In this document: piece after piece, positions 8,507 to 17,564 of the stretch
How positions within the stretch are numbered: the stretch's first letter is position 1
Layout of the letters: every line of letters starts with the position of its first letter
NCBI GenBank assembly: GCA_965216815.1
Contig: OZ244202.1
Location: 785,762 to 849,761, forward strand
DNA: 64,000 nt
Source: Acidimicrobiales bacterium
Lineage (GTDB): Bacteria; Actinomycetota; Acidimicrobiia; Acidimicrobiales; SHLQ01
Reading direction: 5' to 3'
Position numbers and translations under genes: made by a program
The notes under the pieces: generated by a model
Told to the model about the DNA's origin: nothing
The model's input: the letters and a program-made list of their open reading frames with translations, nothing else
Database searches by the model: none

Positions 8507-9278
8507 CGTGAACCTCCTTGGCCAGGTTGCGATAAGCGATCGCTCCCCGAGCAGTCGGATCGAACACAGTTATCGGCTGCCCGAACGACGGTGCCTCCGA
8601 CAGCCGGATCGATCGCGGTATGACCTGTCGACACACCTTCTCGCCAAAGTGTGTTCGCACCTCTGCGGCTACCTGAGAGGACAGGTTGGTGCGCGCATCG
8701 AACATGACGAGCACGATGGTGCTGACTTCGAGCTCCGGGTTGAGGTTCTTCTTGACCAGATCGACGTTGCGGAGCAACTGACCCAGACCCTCGAGCGCGT
8801 AGTACTCACACTGGATGGGCACGAGCACTTCGGTCGCAGCACAGAATGCGTTGACCGTCAGCAAGCCCAGCGATGGGGGACAGTCGATCAACACGTAGTC
8901 GTAGCGGTCACCCACGGCCGAGATTGCCTGTTTGAGCCGCGCCTCGCGACTGAACGCCGGTACCAGCTCGATCTCGGCTCCGGCAAGGTCGAGACTGGAA
9001 GGTGCAACAAACAGGTTGCGCACCGATGTGCCCTCGATCGCATCGTCGATCGGCGCCTCGTGGAGCAGCACGTCGTACATGGCGATCTCTACGTTGCGCG
9101 GGTTGATGCCGAGCCCGGTGCTTGCGTTCGCCTGTGGGTCTAGATCTACGATCAGGGTGCGCAACCCCATCTCCGCGAGCGCCGCGCCGAGGTTGACCGT
9201 CGTAGTTGTCTTGCCGACGCCACCCTTTTGGTTCGCAACCGCGATCGTTCGGCGCCTAGCGCCGGCCGGATCCAACAA
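8493..9278 (-). CDS. parA: Chromosome partitioning ATPase ParA/Soj
   Basis: Deviant Walker A 'NQKGGVGKTTTTVNLG'. TTG start. Overlaps parB by 14 nt. Confidence 0.9.
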   Translation of the reverse strand: MLDPAGARRRTIAVANQKGGVGKTTTTVNLGAALAEMGLRTLIVDLDPQANASTGLGINPRNVEIAMYDVLLHEAPIDDAIEGTSVRNLFVAPSSLDLAGAEIELVPAFSREARLKQAISAVGDRYDYVLIDCPPSLGLLTVNAFCAATEVLVPIQCEYYALEGLGQLLRNVDLVKKNLNPELEVSTIVLVMFDARTNLSSQVAAEVRTHFGEKVCRQVIPRSIRLSEAPSFGQPITVFDPTARGAIAYRNLAKEVHGEQT

Positions 9279-9357
9279 CGCGCATCCTCCTGGGTCGTGG
9301 CACGACTAGCGCCGCATCGTAGCCCCCGCCGTCCACGCGCGGGCGGAACTTACGAAA

Positions 9358-9373
9358 TGTTTCACGTGAAACA
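9358..9373. other. parS centromere-like site 1
   Basis: Perfect match to the 16-bp consensus TGTTTCACGTGAAACA. Confidence 0.85.
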
Positions 9374-9396
9374 TCTCTTCCGCTGGACGTGGAGAA

Positions 9397-9412
9397 TGTT
9401 TCACGTGAAACA
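9397..9412. other. parS centromere-like site 2
   Basis: Second perfect TGTTTCACGTGAAACA, 39 bp from site 1 and upstream of parA. Confidence 0.85.
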
Positions 9413-9505
9413 TCTACAGGTGCGAACTGCACCACGACGATCTCCGTCCAAAGCGACACTTGCTCCGGGCAGGTGTCGGCTCCTTTCGCCGACGCGCAGT
9501 GGTTG

Positions 9506-10189
9506 CTACGGGCCGAACCTCGGGCTCTTGCGGATCGCCGTCGACCTGCGCGCCCGAACGATCCCGTCATTGCGCCTAAGAGTCCGCCAAATGCCGTTGA
9601 CATCCGAGGTCGTCCTCTCGAGGACGAAGCCGAGCTCACCACACTCGTCGAGCGGCCAGCGATCTGCGTCCGGTGGCTCGCTCACGATCAGGTGATCACG
9701 CGCGTTCGTCAGTCTCGACGCGATCTCGAGCACGACCGCGGGCGGACCAAACGACCGCGCGGTTACGACGCGGTGGCGATCGTCGGCAATTTCGAGATCG
9801 CCTACGTCGCCCTCGATGACCTCGACGCGTCGCGAGGCACCGAGTGCATCGGTCGCCCATCGCAGAAACGACGCTCGGCCCTCGCGCTGTTCACAGAGAA
9901 GCCAGGATGATTTAGGCCAATCGACGATGAGGGGCAGTGAGGGTAGGCCGCCACCCGACCCGAGGTCGATCCACAGAGCACCCGATCGCTTCGCCGGCGG
10001 CACGGCCCATGCGGCAACCGCCGAATGCGCTACGCCGCTCGCCGCGGTGGGTTCACCCAGATGGCCCTCGCGGTGCGCGAGGTCGAGGACGTCGGCGAGT
10101 TCTATCGCGTCAGTCGGCAGGGCAGATGACGACCCGCCGGCGCGGGTCCTCCCCGTCCGAACGGGTCTCGATGCCCTCGATGTCGGCAA
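9506..10189 (-). CDS. rsmG: 16S rRNA (guanine527-N7)-methyltransferase RsmG/GidB (start uncertain)
   Basis: 'IDLGSGGGLPSLPL' SAM motif and 'VVTARSFGPPAVVLE'. No ATG or GTG lies between the jag stop and the domain. TTG at 10189 overlaps jag by 80 nt. The ORF's only ATG, at 10294, would overlap jag by 185 nt. Confidence 0.7.
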   Translation of the reverse strand: MPTSRASRPVRTGRTRAGGSSSALPTDAIELADVLDLAHREGHLGEPTAASGVAHSAVAAWAVPPAKRSGALWIDLGSGGGLPSLPLIVDWPKSSWLLCEQREGRASFLRWATDALGASRRVEVIEGDVGDLEIADDRHRVVTARSFGPPAVVLEIASRLTNARDHLIVSEPPDADRWPLDECGELGFVLERTTSDVNGIWRTLRRNDGIVRARRSTAIRKSPRFGP

Positions 10190-11084
10190 CCGCGTCGTGC
10201 ACGACCTTGCGATCGGCGGCCCGCATCGGCTCAAGCGCTCTCTCTTCACCGGCGTCGAGAACTTCTTCGGCGACCGAAGCTGCGAACCTCGCAAGTGCTT
10301 CGCGTCGGCGCTGCCGGTATCCGGCGATGTCGACCTTGACCCTTCCGGACCCTGGGGCCGAGCGTCGCTGAACCGTGGTCCGAACGAGCTCCTGAATCGC
10401 GTCGATGGTCCGGCCCTTCGGTCCGATCAGCAACCCGATTCCTTCACCGCCATCGGCCGCGACCTCTCGAGTCTCCTCGTCGACCTCAGCGATCTCGACC
10501 GAGCCCTCGATCTCGAACGCGTCGAGTAGATCGACCATGAACGACTTCGCGACCTCGGCCTGTTCGTCAACGCTCAGATCCTCACGCACGGTGTCTTCCC
10601 CTCGCTTAGTCGACGCTCGGTCGCGTCGTCCGTTCTTCGTATCACGTTTGCCACCGGCAGCGCCCACGCGTTCCGAGCGCCTTGCGCCCCCGCCCGACCC
10701 TTTGGATTCATCCCGGCCGCTGCGCGACTTGTTCGAACCGCCGGAGCGGCCCGACTTGGCCGAGCCCTGCTTGTTGCCCGAGCTCTGCTTGTTCCCCTCA
10801 CTCTGGCCACCGCCCGACTTCTGCCTGCGGTTATCGCCACCACCGCGTCGGCGCCGGTTGCCGCCGCGCCCGCGGCGCGAACCGTTGGCGTCACCCTTGT
10901 CGCGCGGCTTGCTCGGTCGAACGCGAGCACGAACCCGTGCCTTCGACTTGACCCGACCGAACCAGCCTGTCTCGGCGTCTTCGACAACCTCGAACTCTGC
11001 GTCGTCGATCGCGACACCGAGCCGGTCGAGCGCCGTGTCCTTCGCGTCCTCGATGGTGTCACCGACGGTCTCAATCCAATCCAC
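10110..11084 (-). CDS. jag: Jag/KhpB RNA-binding protein (Jag_N, KH, R3H) with a long RGG/SG-rich insert
   Basis: N-terminal 'DTIEDAKDTALDRLGV', a KH-like 'IGLLIGPKGRTIDAIQELV', and an R3H-like 'LEPMRAADRKVVHDAV'. An arginine/glycine-rich low-complexity segment of about 110 aa separates the domains. Confidence 0.8.
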   Translation of the reverse strand: MDWIETVGDTIEDAKDTALDRLGVAIDDAEFEVVEDAETGWFGRVKSKARVRARVRPSKPRDKGDANGSRRGRGGNRRRRGGGDNRRQKSGGGQSEGNKQSSGNKQGSAKSGRSGGSNKSRSGRDESKGSGGGARRSERVGAAGGKRDTKNGRRDRASTKRGEDTVREDLSVDEQAEVAKSFMVDLLDAFEIEGSVEIAEVDEETREVAADGGEGIGLLIGPKGRTIDAIQELVRTTVQRRSAPGSGRVKVDIAGYRQRRREALARFAASVAEEVLDAGEERALEPMRAADRKVVHDAVADIEGIETRSDGEDPRRRVVICPAD

Positions 11085-11087
11085 GGG

Positions 11088-12194
11088 TCATCTCCTCTTC
11101 TTCTTCTTGCGCGGGCGCGGCTGCGCGGAACCGGCCGCCGTGGTGCGCCCGCCGGACGATCTTGCTGATCCGCCCGAACCGGCTGTGGTTCGTCTGCTCT
11201 TCGCCGTCGAAGCCGGCGCTTTGCCCGAACCCGACTTCTTCGACGATTTCGACTTCTGCGACGAGTTGGTTCGCTCGCTGGCTCTCTGCGGACCCTTATC
11301 CGCCGAGCGCTTGGCACTCGATTTCGGTCGAGCACCAGCGTTGGCCTTCGGCTTGCTCTTCGACTCCGGAATGACCACTTCGTGCTCGGCAGCGTTGTCT
11401 CCGTACATCGATCGCGTGATGTAGGCCTGTTGACCGACGCGGAAGAGGTTCGAAACGATGAAGTACACCAGCAGTGCTGCGGGCATTGCGATGGAGAACA
11501 CGGGCAGCATGTAGGGCATGAACTTCATGATCATCTGTTGCTGAGGGTTGATCTGCCCATCCTTGTTGCGACCCTGAATCTGGCGCTGCTGGACGAGGCT
11601 CGTCACGAGCACGATGCCGATCATCAGAATGTACGGAATGGCCTTGACGAAGCCGGTTGTGATGACCTCGGTCAGCGACTTCGACAGATCGACGCCGAAT
11701 GACACCATCTCGTTCGAAGTGGACAAGTCCTGATAGAGCTCGCTCTCGTGATCGAGGTAGGCCGGGTTGAACCCCTGGTCGACGTCGGGCGGAGGCGACA
11801 GTTCGGAGCTGTTCGCGATCTCCATCGACGTCTGGCCGAACATGATGCCGACCTCGGTCAAGCGCCGGGTGAGACCGCGAATTACCTGGAACAACACCAA
11901 GAATATGGGAAGCTGGATGAACATCGGCAGGCAACCGCCGACGGGGTTGATGTCGTTGGCACGATAGAACTCCATGAGTTCTTCGTTCATGCGCTGCCGG
12001 TCGTCCTTGTACTTCTGCTGAATGCGCTTCATCTCCGGCTGAAGCCGCTGCATCTTGATCATCGACTTGGTGCTCGACAGCGTGAGCGGCACCACGATGA
12101 TCATCACGACGACGGTTAGCAGCGCTATGGCGATCGCATAGTTGGGAACCAGCGAATAGAAGAACGCGAGAACGCGCGAGATGAGGTCGAACAT
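11088..12194 (-). CDS. yidC: Membrane protein insertase YidC with a long basic C-terminal tail
   Basis: 'KMQRLQPEMKRIQQKYKDDRQRMNEELMEFYRANDINPVGGCLPMFIQLPIF'. ATG at 12194 overlaps the yidD stop (TGATG). The last roughly 100 aa are Lys/Arg/Ser-rich. Confidence 0.9.
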   Translation of the reverse strand: MFDLISRVLAFFYSLVPNYAIAIALLTVVVMIIVVPLTLSSTKSMIKMQRLQPEMKRIQQKYKDDRQRMNEELMEFYRANDINPVGGCLPMFIQLPIFLVLFQVIRGLTRRLTEVGIMFGQTSMEIANSSELSPPPDVDQGFNPAYLDHESELYQDLSTSNEMVSFGVDLSKSLTEVITTGFVKAIPYILMIGIVLVTSLVQQRQIQGRNKDGQINPQQQMIMKFMPYMLPVFSIAMPAALLVYFIVSNLFRVGQQAYITRSMYGDNAAEHEVVIPESKSKPKANAGARPKSSAKRSADKGPQRASERTNSSQKSKSSKKSGSGKAPASTAKSRRTTAGSGGSARSSGGRTTAAGSAQPRPRKKKKRR

Positions 12195-12430
12195 CAGTTC
12201 GTATGCCCTTCGGGAACGGGGTCGAAGCCATTGTTTCGGCTGAGCGGGTGACAGCGAAGAAGCCGGCGCATCGCGTACCAACCGCCGCGCATCGCTCCGT
12301 GTCGCTCGATCGCCTCGGTCGCATAAGCCGAGCACGTCGGCACGTACCGGCACGGCGTGGGGCGGTCAGCCACTGCCGCCTGATACATAGCGATCGCGGA
12401 TATCATCCTACGTGAGAAAAAAGAACTCAT
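12194..12430 (-). CDS. yidD: Membrane protein insertion efficiency factor YidD
   Basis: '[19 protein letters not shown]...RLLRCHP' signature. Confidence 0.85.
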   Translation of the reverse strand: MSSFFSRRMISAIAMYQAAVADRPTPCRYVPTCSAYATEAIERHGAMRGGWYAMRRLLRCHPLSRNNGFDPVPEGHTN

Positions 12431-12768
12431 GGGCGTTCAGTCCGCGTGAGCGAATCGATTTGCGTCGCAGCCGCCTCGAGCGCTTCTCGCAACCGGGTCG
12501 CCGAACACGTCTCGGCTGACGATCGGGGGCTCACGAGATACGTCCCAGCGGGGAGTCGCACCGCGTTCGCGCCGCGTAGCTGCCCCGCGATACGTCGCCG
12601 TATTCGATTGCGGACCACCGCGCCACCGAGATGCCGGCCGATCGCATACGCGACTCGGGGCGGGTCGCTCCCGTCGTCGAGGAAGCGCACCGTGATCGGC
12701 CCGTAGGTCCTACGAGGCGACTGGGAGAGCTCGCGGAAAGTTGCACGATCGCCGACGCCGTCGATCAC
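12427..12768 (-). CDS. rnpA: Ribonuclease P protein component
   Basis: '[11 protein letters not shown]' RNR motif. GTG start overlaps the rpmH stop (GTGA). Confidence 0.85.
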   Translation of the reverse strand: MIDGVGDRATFRELSQSPRRTYGPITVRFLDDGSDPPRVAYAIGRHLGGAVVRNRIRRRIAGQLRGANAVRLPAGTYLVSPRSSAETCSATRLREALEAAATQIDSLTRTERP

Positions 12769-12899
12769 GCCGACAGTCGCTGACGTCCTTTCCGCCGGCG
12801 GGCGCGCACGATGGCACGGCCGCCACGGGTTGACATCCGCTTGCGAAAGCCGTGCCGACGGGCTCGCTTCCGGACGTTGGGTTGGTAGGTGCGCTTCAT
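12765..12899 (-). CDS. rpmH: 50S ribosomal protein L34
   Basis: Hand-translated 44 aa: '[44 protein letters not shown]'. Below the ORF-track length cutoff. GGAGG lies upstream. Confidence 0.9.
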   Translation of the reverse strand: MKRTYQPNVRKRARRHGFRKRMSTRGGRAIVRARRRKGRQRLSA

Positions 12900-13158
12900 C
12901 GAGTGCCTCCAGCGGGTTTCAGGGGCCTCGGCGGCGGCACAGGTCTCTGCCGGTCAGGCGCGGAAAACGGCCCCAGATCGCGTTCAACCTAGTGGCGTCG
13001 GACACAAATGACTACGAAGTAGATGCATGCGTCGCTCGTGATACCGGCGACCTTGCACAACGGTCGAGCACTGGTGCTAGGTTTCGCTACCCGCCACAGA
13101 CGAGATCGTGGCGCGATCGGGATGGGACAACCGAAAAGTCATGCCTTCCGGCGATAGG

Positions 13159-13190
13159 TTTTCCACAGGTGTGGATGCCTTTGTGGATGG
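13159..13190. promoter_or_regulatory. Three-box DnaA-box module overlapping the dnaA start (site B)
   Basis: TTTTCCACA (13159-13167), TGTGGATGC (13170-13178) and TGTGGATGG (13182-13190). Candidate dnaA start codons at 13175 and 13187 lie inside the module. Confidence 0.55.
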
Positions 13191-14584
13191 CATCCGGAGG
13201 GACTACCGAGTTGAACGACGCCACGAAACTCTGGGAAGTATGCGCGGAATCGATCCGCGAGCAGGTTTCCGATGCCGTCTGGCACAGCACGTTCAACCAG
13301 GCACGACCCACGGTGAGCACAGACGACCAGCTCGTCTTGATAGTCCCGAACAAACGCGTCAAAGAGAACCTCGAGGGGCGTTACCAGTCGATAGTCCAAG
13401 ATGCTCTCGACGATGCGAGCGAAGCCTCGGTGCAGCTGCGTATCGAGGTTCGGCCAGAAGAGCCCGACATCGACGACCTCCTCGCTCCCGCAGACGACAT
13501 CCTCGACGGTCTGGGAGACGAAGTCGAGCCTGTCGCCACCGAGCTGGACGAGTCGACCGAACTCGACGACAGTCGCTACACGTTCGACAGCTTCGTCATC
13601 GGTGAATCGAACAGGTTCGCGCATGCCGCTGCTCGGGCGGTCGCCGAGACTCCCGGACGGTCGTACAACCCTCTGTTCATCTATGGCGACGCCGGCCTGG
13701 GCAAGACGCATCTCCTCCAGGCGATCGGCCGCTACGCCAACGAGCACTACTCGCACTACGCGGTGAGATACATCTCCACAGAGGCATTGCTCAACGAATT
13801 CGTCGACGCGATCAGAAACCGCACCCAGCTCGCGTTCAAACAGCGTTACCGCGACATCGACGTGCTCCTCGTCGACGACATCCAGTTCATGGAGGGCAAG
13901 GAAGCTCTACAGGAGGAGTTCTTCCACACCTTCAACACCCTTTATCAGGCGAACCGACAGATCGTGCTGTCCTCCGATCGGCCTCCGGATTCGATAAAGA
14001 CACTCGAGGACAGGCTTCGTAGTCGCTTCAAGATGGGCCTTATCACCGACATCCAACCACCCGATCTCGAGACCCGGTTGGCGATTCTTCGCAAGAAGGC
14101 CGAGATACAGGACTACCCGATTCCTGACGGTGTCCTCGTGTTCATAGCGAGCCACATCACCGACAACATCCGAGAGCTCGAGGGTGCGCTGATCCGAGTC
14201 ACCGCGTACGCGCGACTCACCCAGGAGGAGCTCACGGTCGATCTCGCCGAAAGGACACTGGGTGACATCGTCAACGACTCGCAGCCGGAACCGATCACAC
14301 CAGATCTGATCCTGTCGAAGACCTCCGAGATGTTCGGCATCCCCGTCGAGGACCTCATCGGAGCATCGCGGCGCCGTCCTCTCGTCAACGCACGACAGGT
14401 GGCCATGTACGTCTGCCGAGAGCTGACCGAGCTGAGCTACCCGGCCATCGGACACGAGTTCGGTGACCGCGATCACACGACGGTGATCCACGCCGTTGAA
14501 AAGATCGGATCGCTGATGCCGGAGCGCCGACAGATCTATGACCAGGTAACCGCGCTCATTCGCTCGATCCGATCGGGAGACTGA
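13187..14584 (+). CDS. dnaA: Chromosomal replication initiator DnaA
   Basis: 'NPLFIYGDAGLGKTHLLQAIG' Walker A, 'DVLLVDDIQF' Walker B, and the C-terminal 'VNARQVAMYVCRELTELSYPAIGHEFGDRDHTTVIHA' DNA-binding signature. Start is ATG 13187 or 13175; the ORF-track start at 12830 would read antisense through rpmH. Confidence 0.9.
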   Translation: MASGGTTELNDATKLWEVCAESIREQVSDAVWHSTFNQARPTVSTDDQLVLIVPNKRVKENLEGRYQSIVQDALDDASEASVQLRIEVRPEEPDIDDLLAPADDILDGLGDEVEPVATELDESTELDDSRYTFDSFVIGESNRFAHAAARAVAETPGRSYNPLFIYGDAGLGKTHLLQAIGRYANEHYSHYAVRYISTEALLNEFVDAIRNRTQLAFKQRYRDIDVLLVDDIQFMEGKEALQEEFFHTFNTLYQANRQIVLSSDRPPDSIKTLEDRLRSRFKMGLITDIQPPDLETRLAILRKKAEIQDYPIPDGVLVFIASHITDNIRELEGALIRVTAYARLTQEELTVDLAERTLGDIVNDSQPEPITPDLILSKTSEMFGIPVEDLIGASRRRPLVNARQVAMYVCRELTELSYPAIGHEFGDRDHTTVIHAVEKIGSLMPERRQIYDQVTALIRSIRSGD

Positions 14585-14802
14585 GTAGTGGATTGCGTTG
14601 TGGAATCGGCTTGGATTGCCTGGGGAAACCGTTACCGTCGTCCACAGGCCTGTATCGTCGCCAGTGCCGACCTGAGGATAACGGTGGATAACCCGCGCGC
14701 CCCCAAAACGACTCTGACCGGGCGCGATGCTCAATCATCCACAATCCACAGGCCCTACCTACCACTACTACCGATGGTTACATACGAGGAAGAGTTGACA
14801 GT
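14585..14802. other. Candidate oriC (dnaA-dnaN spacer with clustered DnaA boxes)
   Basis: The 218-bp spacer holds at least 6 TCCACA-core boxes in both orientations: GTGGATTGC, TGTGGAATC, GTCGTCCACA (14637-14646), GGTGGATAA (14683-14691), TCATCCACA (14735-14743) and CAATCCACA (14742-14750). This is the canonical oriC position in Actinobacteria. Confidence 0.6.
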
Positions 14803-15897
14803 ATGAAGTTCCGCTGTGAGCGCGACGCTCTGTTCGAGGCACTCGGCTCTGCGAGTCGAGCGGTGAGTTCTCGCAGTGGCGCACTGGCGGTGTTGTCCGG
14901 TCTGCAGCTGTCGCTCACCGGAGATCGTTTGACGATCGTCGGAAGCGACCTCGATCTCACCATCAGCGTGGGCCTCGACGTCGGTGGCGAATCCGACGGG
15001 AGTGCTGTGTTGCCATCGCGGTTGTTCGTCGACATCGTTCGCGCTCTCGACAGCGGTGCCATCACCATCGAGTCGGTCGAGGGCGATATCCGTATCAGCG
15101 CAGCACGCAGCGAGTTCAGCGTTCGCAGCTATCCGCCCGAGGAGTACCCGAGCTTGGCCGAACCGCCCGGCGATACGGTATCGATCTCGGCCGAGACACT
15201 GACCGAAGCCCTCCGGCAGGTCGTGCCGGCGGCTTCCAAGGACGATTCGCGCCCGATTCTCACCGGTGTGCTCCTGGCTACCGAGGACAAGGCGCTTCGA
15301 TTGGTGGCGACCGACTCCTACAGGTTGTCGGTGCGAGACGTCGAGGACGGCGCGGTCCTTGGTGAAGACCAGACGGTATTGGTGCCTTCGCGTGCGTTGA
15401 CTGAGCTCGCTCGGCTTCTCGACGATGGTGACGAGGTGAAGCTCGGCCTGACCGAACGTGATGCCGCGTTCGGTGTGGGCGACACCACGATCATCACCCG
15501 GTTGATCGAAGGTGAGTTCCCGAACTATCGAGGTCTGATTCCCGAAACGCATCCGAATCGTCTGACGGTGTCTCGCACCGAACTGATCGATGCGGTTCGA
15601 CGGGTGCGTCTCCTGGCACAGGAGACGACGCCGGTGAGATTGACGATGCGGACCGACGAGCTGGAGCTTGTGGCGATCACTCAGGACGTCGGTCAGGCGT
15701 CTGAATCGCTCGACGCTTCCTATGACGGCGATGAGCTCACGGTGGCTTTCAATCCCGAGTATCTGCTCGACGGTGCTGAAGCCGCCTCGGGTGAAGAGGT
15801 GGCGCTCGAAACCGTCGACGCGCTGAAACCAGCGCTCATCCGTACACCGGACGAGCCCGGATTCCTGTACCTCTTGATGCCCGTAAGGGTGTCGTGA
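14803..15897 (+). CDS. dnaN: DNA polymerase III beta sliding clamp
   Basis: 364 aa. 'MKFRCERDALFEALGSASRAV' at the N-terminus and 'PALIRTPDEPGFLYLLMPVRV' at the C-terminus. Confidence 0.95.
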   Translation: MKFRCERDALFEALGSASRAVSSRSGALAVLSGLQLSLTGDRLTIVGSDLDLTISVGLDVGGESDGSAVLPSRLFVDIVRALDSGAITIESVEGDIRISAARSEFSVRSYPPEEYPSLAEPPGDTVSISAETLTEALRQVVPAASKDDSRPILTGVLLATEDKALRLVATDSYRLSVRDVEDGAVLGEDQTVLVPSRALTELARLLDDGDEVKLGLTERDAAFGVGDTTIITRLIEGEFPNYRGLIPETHPNRLTVSRTELIDAVRRVRLLAQETTPVRLTMRTDELELVAITQDVGQASESLDASYDGDELTVAFNPEYLLDGAEAASGEEVALETVDALKPALIRTPDEPGFLYLLMPVRVS

Positions 15898-15918
15898 CAC
15901 GGCGGTGAGCGACGACAG

Positions 15919-16998
15919 ATGCGGTTGACGTCGGTCGCGCTCACCGATTTCCGCAACTACGAAAACCTCGAGCTCGAGCTCTCGCCTTCCACCACCGTCA
16001 TCGTCGGGCCGAACGGCTCGGGCAAGACAAACCTGGTGGAAGCCATCGGGTGGCTTGCTACGGGTGCCTCTTTTCGTGGTGCACCCGACGACGCATTGGT
16101 GAGAATGGACGCCGAACAGGCGATCATCCGGGCACTCGGCGAACGCTCCGAGCGTGCGCTGCAAATCGAGGTCGAGATCAATCGGCATGGCCGGAACCGT
16201 GTCCAGGTCAACCGGCAACGTCTCGCCCGAGTGTCCGATTTGGCCGATTCGCTCGCCGTGACCGTCTTCTCACCCGACGACCTCGAGCTGATCAAGGGCG
16301 GGCCAGCCCATCGCCGACAACTACTCGATCGGACTCTGGCGGTTCTTCATGCCCGCCATCGCAGCAGCCAAGCCGACGTGGCGCGTGTGCTGAAACAGCG
16401 CAACACCCTGTTGCGCCAGGCCGGAGGCCGACTCGACGCGGAGATCGCTTCGACGCTCGACGTGTGGGACGCGAAGCTCGCAGAATGCGGAACGGCGCTC
16501 ATTCGCGCCAGACGTGGGTTGGCCGAGGCGATGGTTGGTCCGGTGCAGGCGGCCTACGACACGCTCGCCGGATCCGAGAGCCGCGTGGCAATGAACTACC
16601 GAAGCGCCCACGGCGACGGGGAGCTCGCCGACGCCCTCGTCGATCACCGAGACGACGATCTGCGACGCGGTACGACCACCGTCGGGCCACACCGCGACGA
16701 GCTCGAACTGGCACTAGGTGAGCTTCCGGCACGCACGCACTGCTCTCAGGGCGAGCAACGTACCCTCGCGCTGGCGCTTCGGCTCTCCGCCCACCGACTG
16801 GTCACCGAACGACTAGAGACGACACCGCTGCTGATTCTCGACGATGTGTTCTCGGAACTGGACGGCGATCGCGCCCGAGCCCTGGTCGAACAGATTCCGG
16901 TGGGGCAGGTGTTGATGACCACGGCCGCGCCGGTTCCCGTCGACGAGACGAACGCGCGGATCGTGGCGGTCGAGGACCTCTCGATGGCAGCGCGGTGA
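15919..16998 (+). CDS. recF: DNA replication and repair protein RecF
   Basis: 'VGPNGSGKTNLVEAI' Walker A, 'SQGEQRTLALALRLS' signature, and 'LLILDDVFSELD' Walker B. Confidence 0.9.
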   Translation: MRLTSVALTDFRNYENLELELSPSTTVIVGPNGSGKTNLVEAIGWLATGASFRGAPDDALVRMDAEQAIIRALGERSERALQIEVEINRHGRNRVQVNRQRLARVSDLADSLAVTVFSPDDLELIKGGPAHRRQLLDRTLAVLHARHRSSQADVARVLKQRNTLLRQAGGRLDAEIASTLDVWDAKLAECGTALIRARRGLAEAMVGPVQAAYDTLAGSESRVAMNYRSAHGDGELADALVDHRDDDLRRGTTTVGPHRDELELALGELPARTHCSQGEQRTLALALRLSAHRLVTERLETTPLLILDDVFSELDGDRARALVEQIPVGQVLMTTAAPVPVDETNARIVAVEDLSMAAR

Positions 16999-17303
16999 GC
17001 TCGCCGGACGACCCGACGCCGATCGGCGATGAGCTCGACCGGGTTCTGCGCTCGTTCGGGGCCCCATCAGCGAGGGGGTTGCGCACGCTGTTCGACGACT
17101 GGGAAGAGGTGGTCGGACCTCAACTCGCCGGTCACTGTCGGCCCTCGGGTATCGACGGAACCACACTGTTGTTGACGGTGGAAGACCCGGCTTGGGCGAG
17201 TGAGCTGCGCTGGCTCGAGGAGCCGCTTCTCGAAAGGATCTCAGACGGAATAGGACCCGGTGTCGTCACCGCAGTCAGACTCAGAATCGACCGGGACTTC
17301 TGA
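16995..17303 (+). CDS. dciA: DUF721/DciA-like protein
   Basis: 102 aa. GTG start overlaps the recF stop. 'WEEVVGPQLAGHCRPSGIDGTTLLLTVEDPAWASELRWL' fits the DUF721 pattern. Conserved position between recF and gyrB. Confidence 0.65.
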   Translation: MSSPDDPTPIGDELDRVLRSFGAPSARGLRTLFDDWEEVVGPQLAGHCRPSGIDGTTLLLTVEDPAWASELRWLEEPLLERISDGIGPGVVTAVRLRIDRDF

Positions 17304-17564
17304 CCGGGACCGCCAGTCGAATCAGATAATTACATGCCCAAGAGATTTCAGGTGATCGGGTCACCGAAAACCGGGGTGGCGGTGGTAAACTCACATCGAC
17401 GTGATTTGCCCGCGTACACCGTCCGTCGACCGGTTGATTCCAGGCTCTCCGACGGCGTCTGCGACAGCGATCAACAACTTTTTCCACAGACTGTGCGTAA
17501 CTGCCGGTCTGGCTTGATCCGCGGGTCTTTGATCCGTCCGTATACCCCCAATTCGAGGAGTGAT

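Noticed and set aside
14755-16218. 487-aa minus-strand ORF covering dnaN and the start of recF
   Set aside because: It is antisense to unmistakable dnaN/recF coding sequence and has no recognisable motifs, so it is a high-GC shadow ORF.
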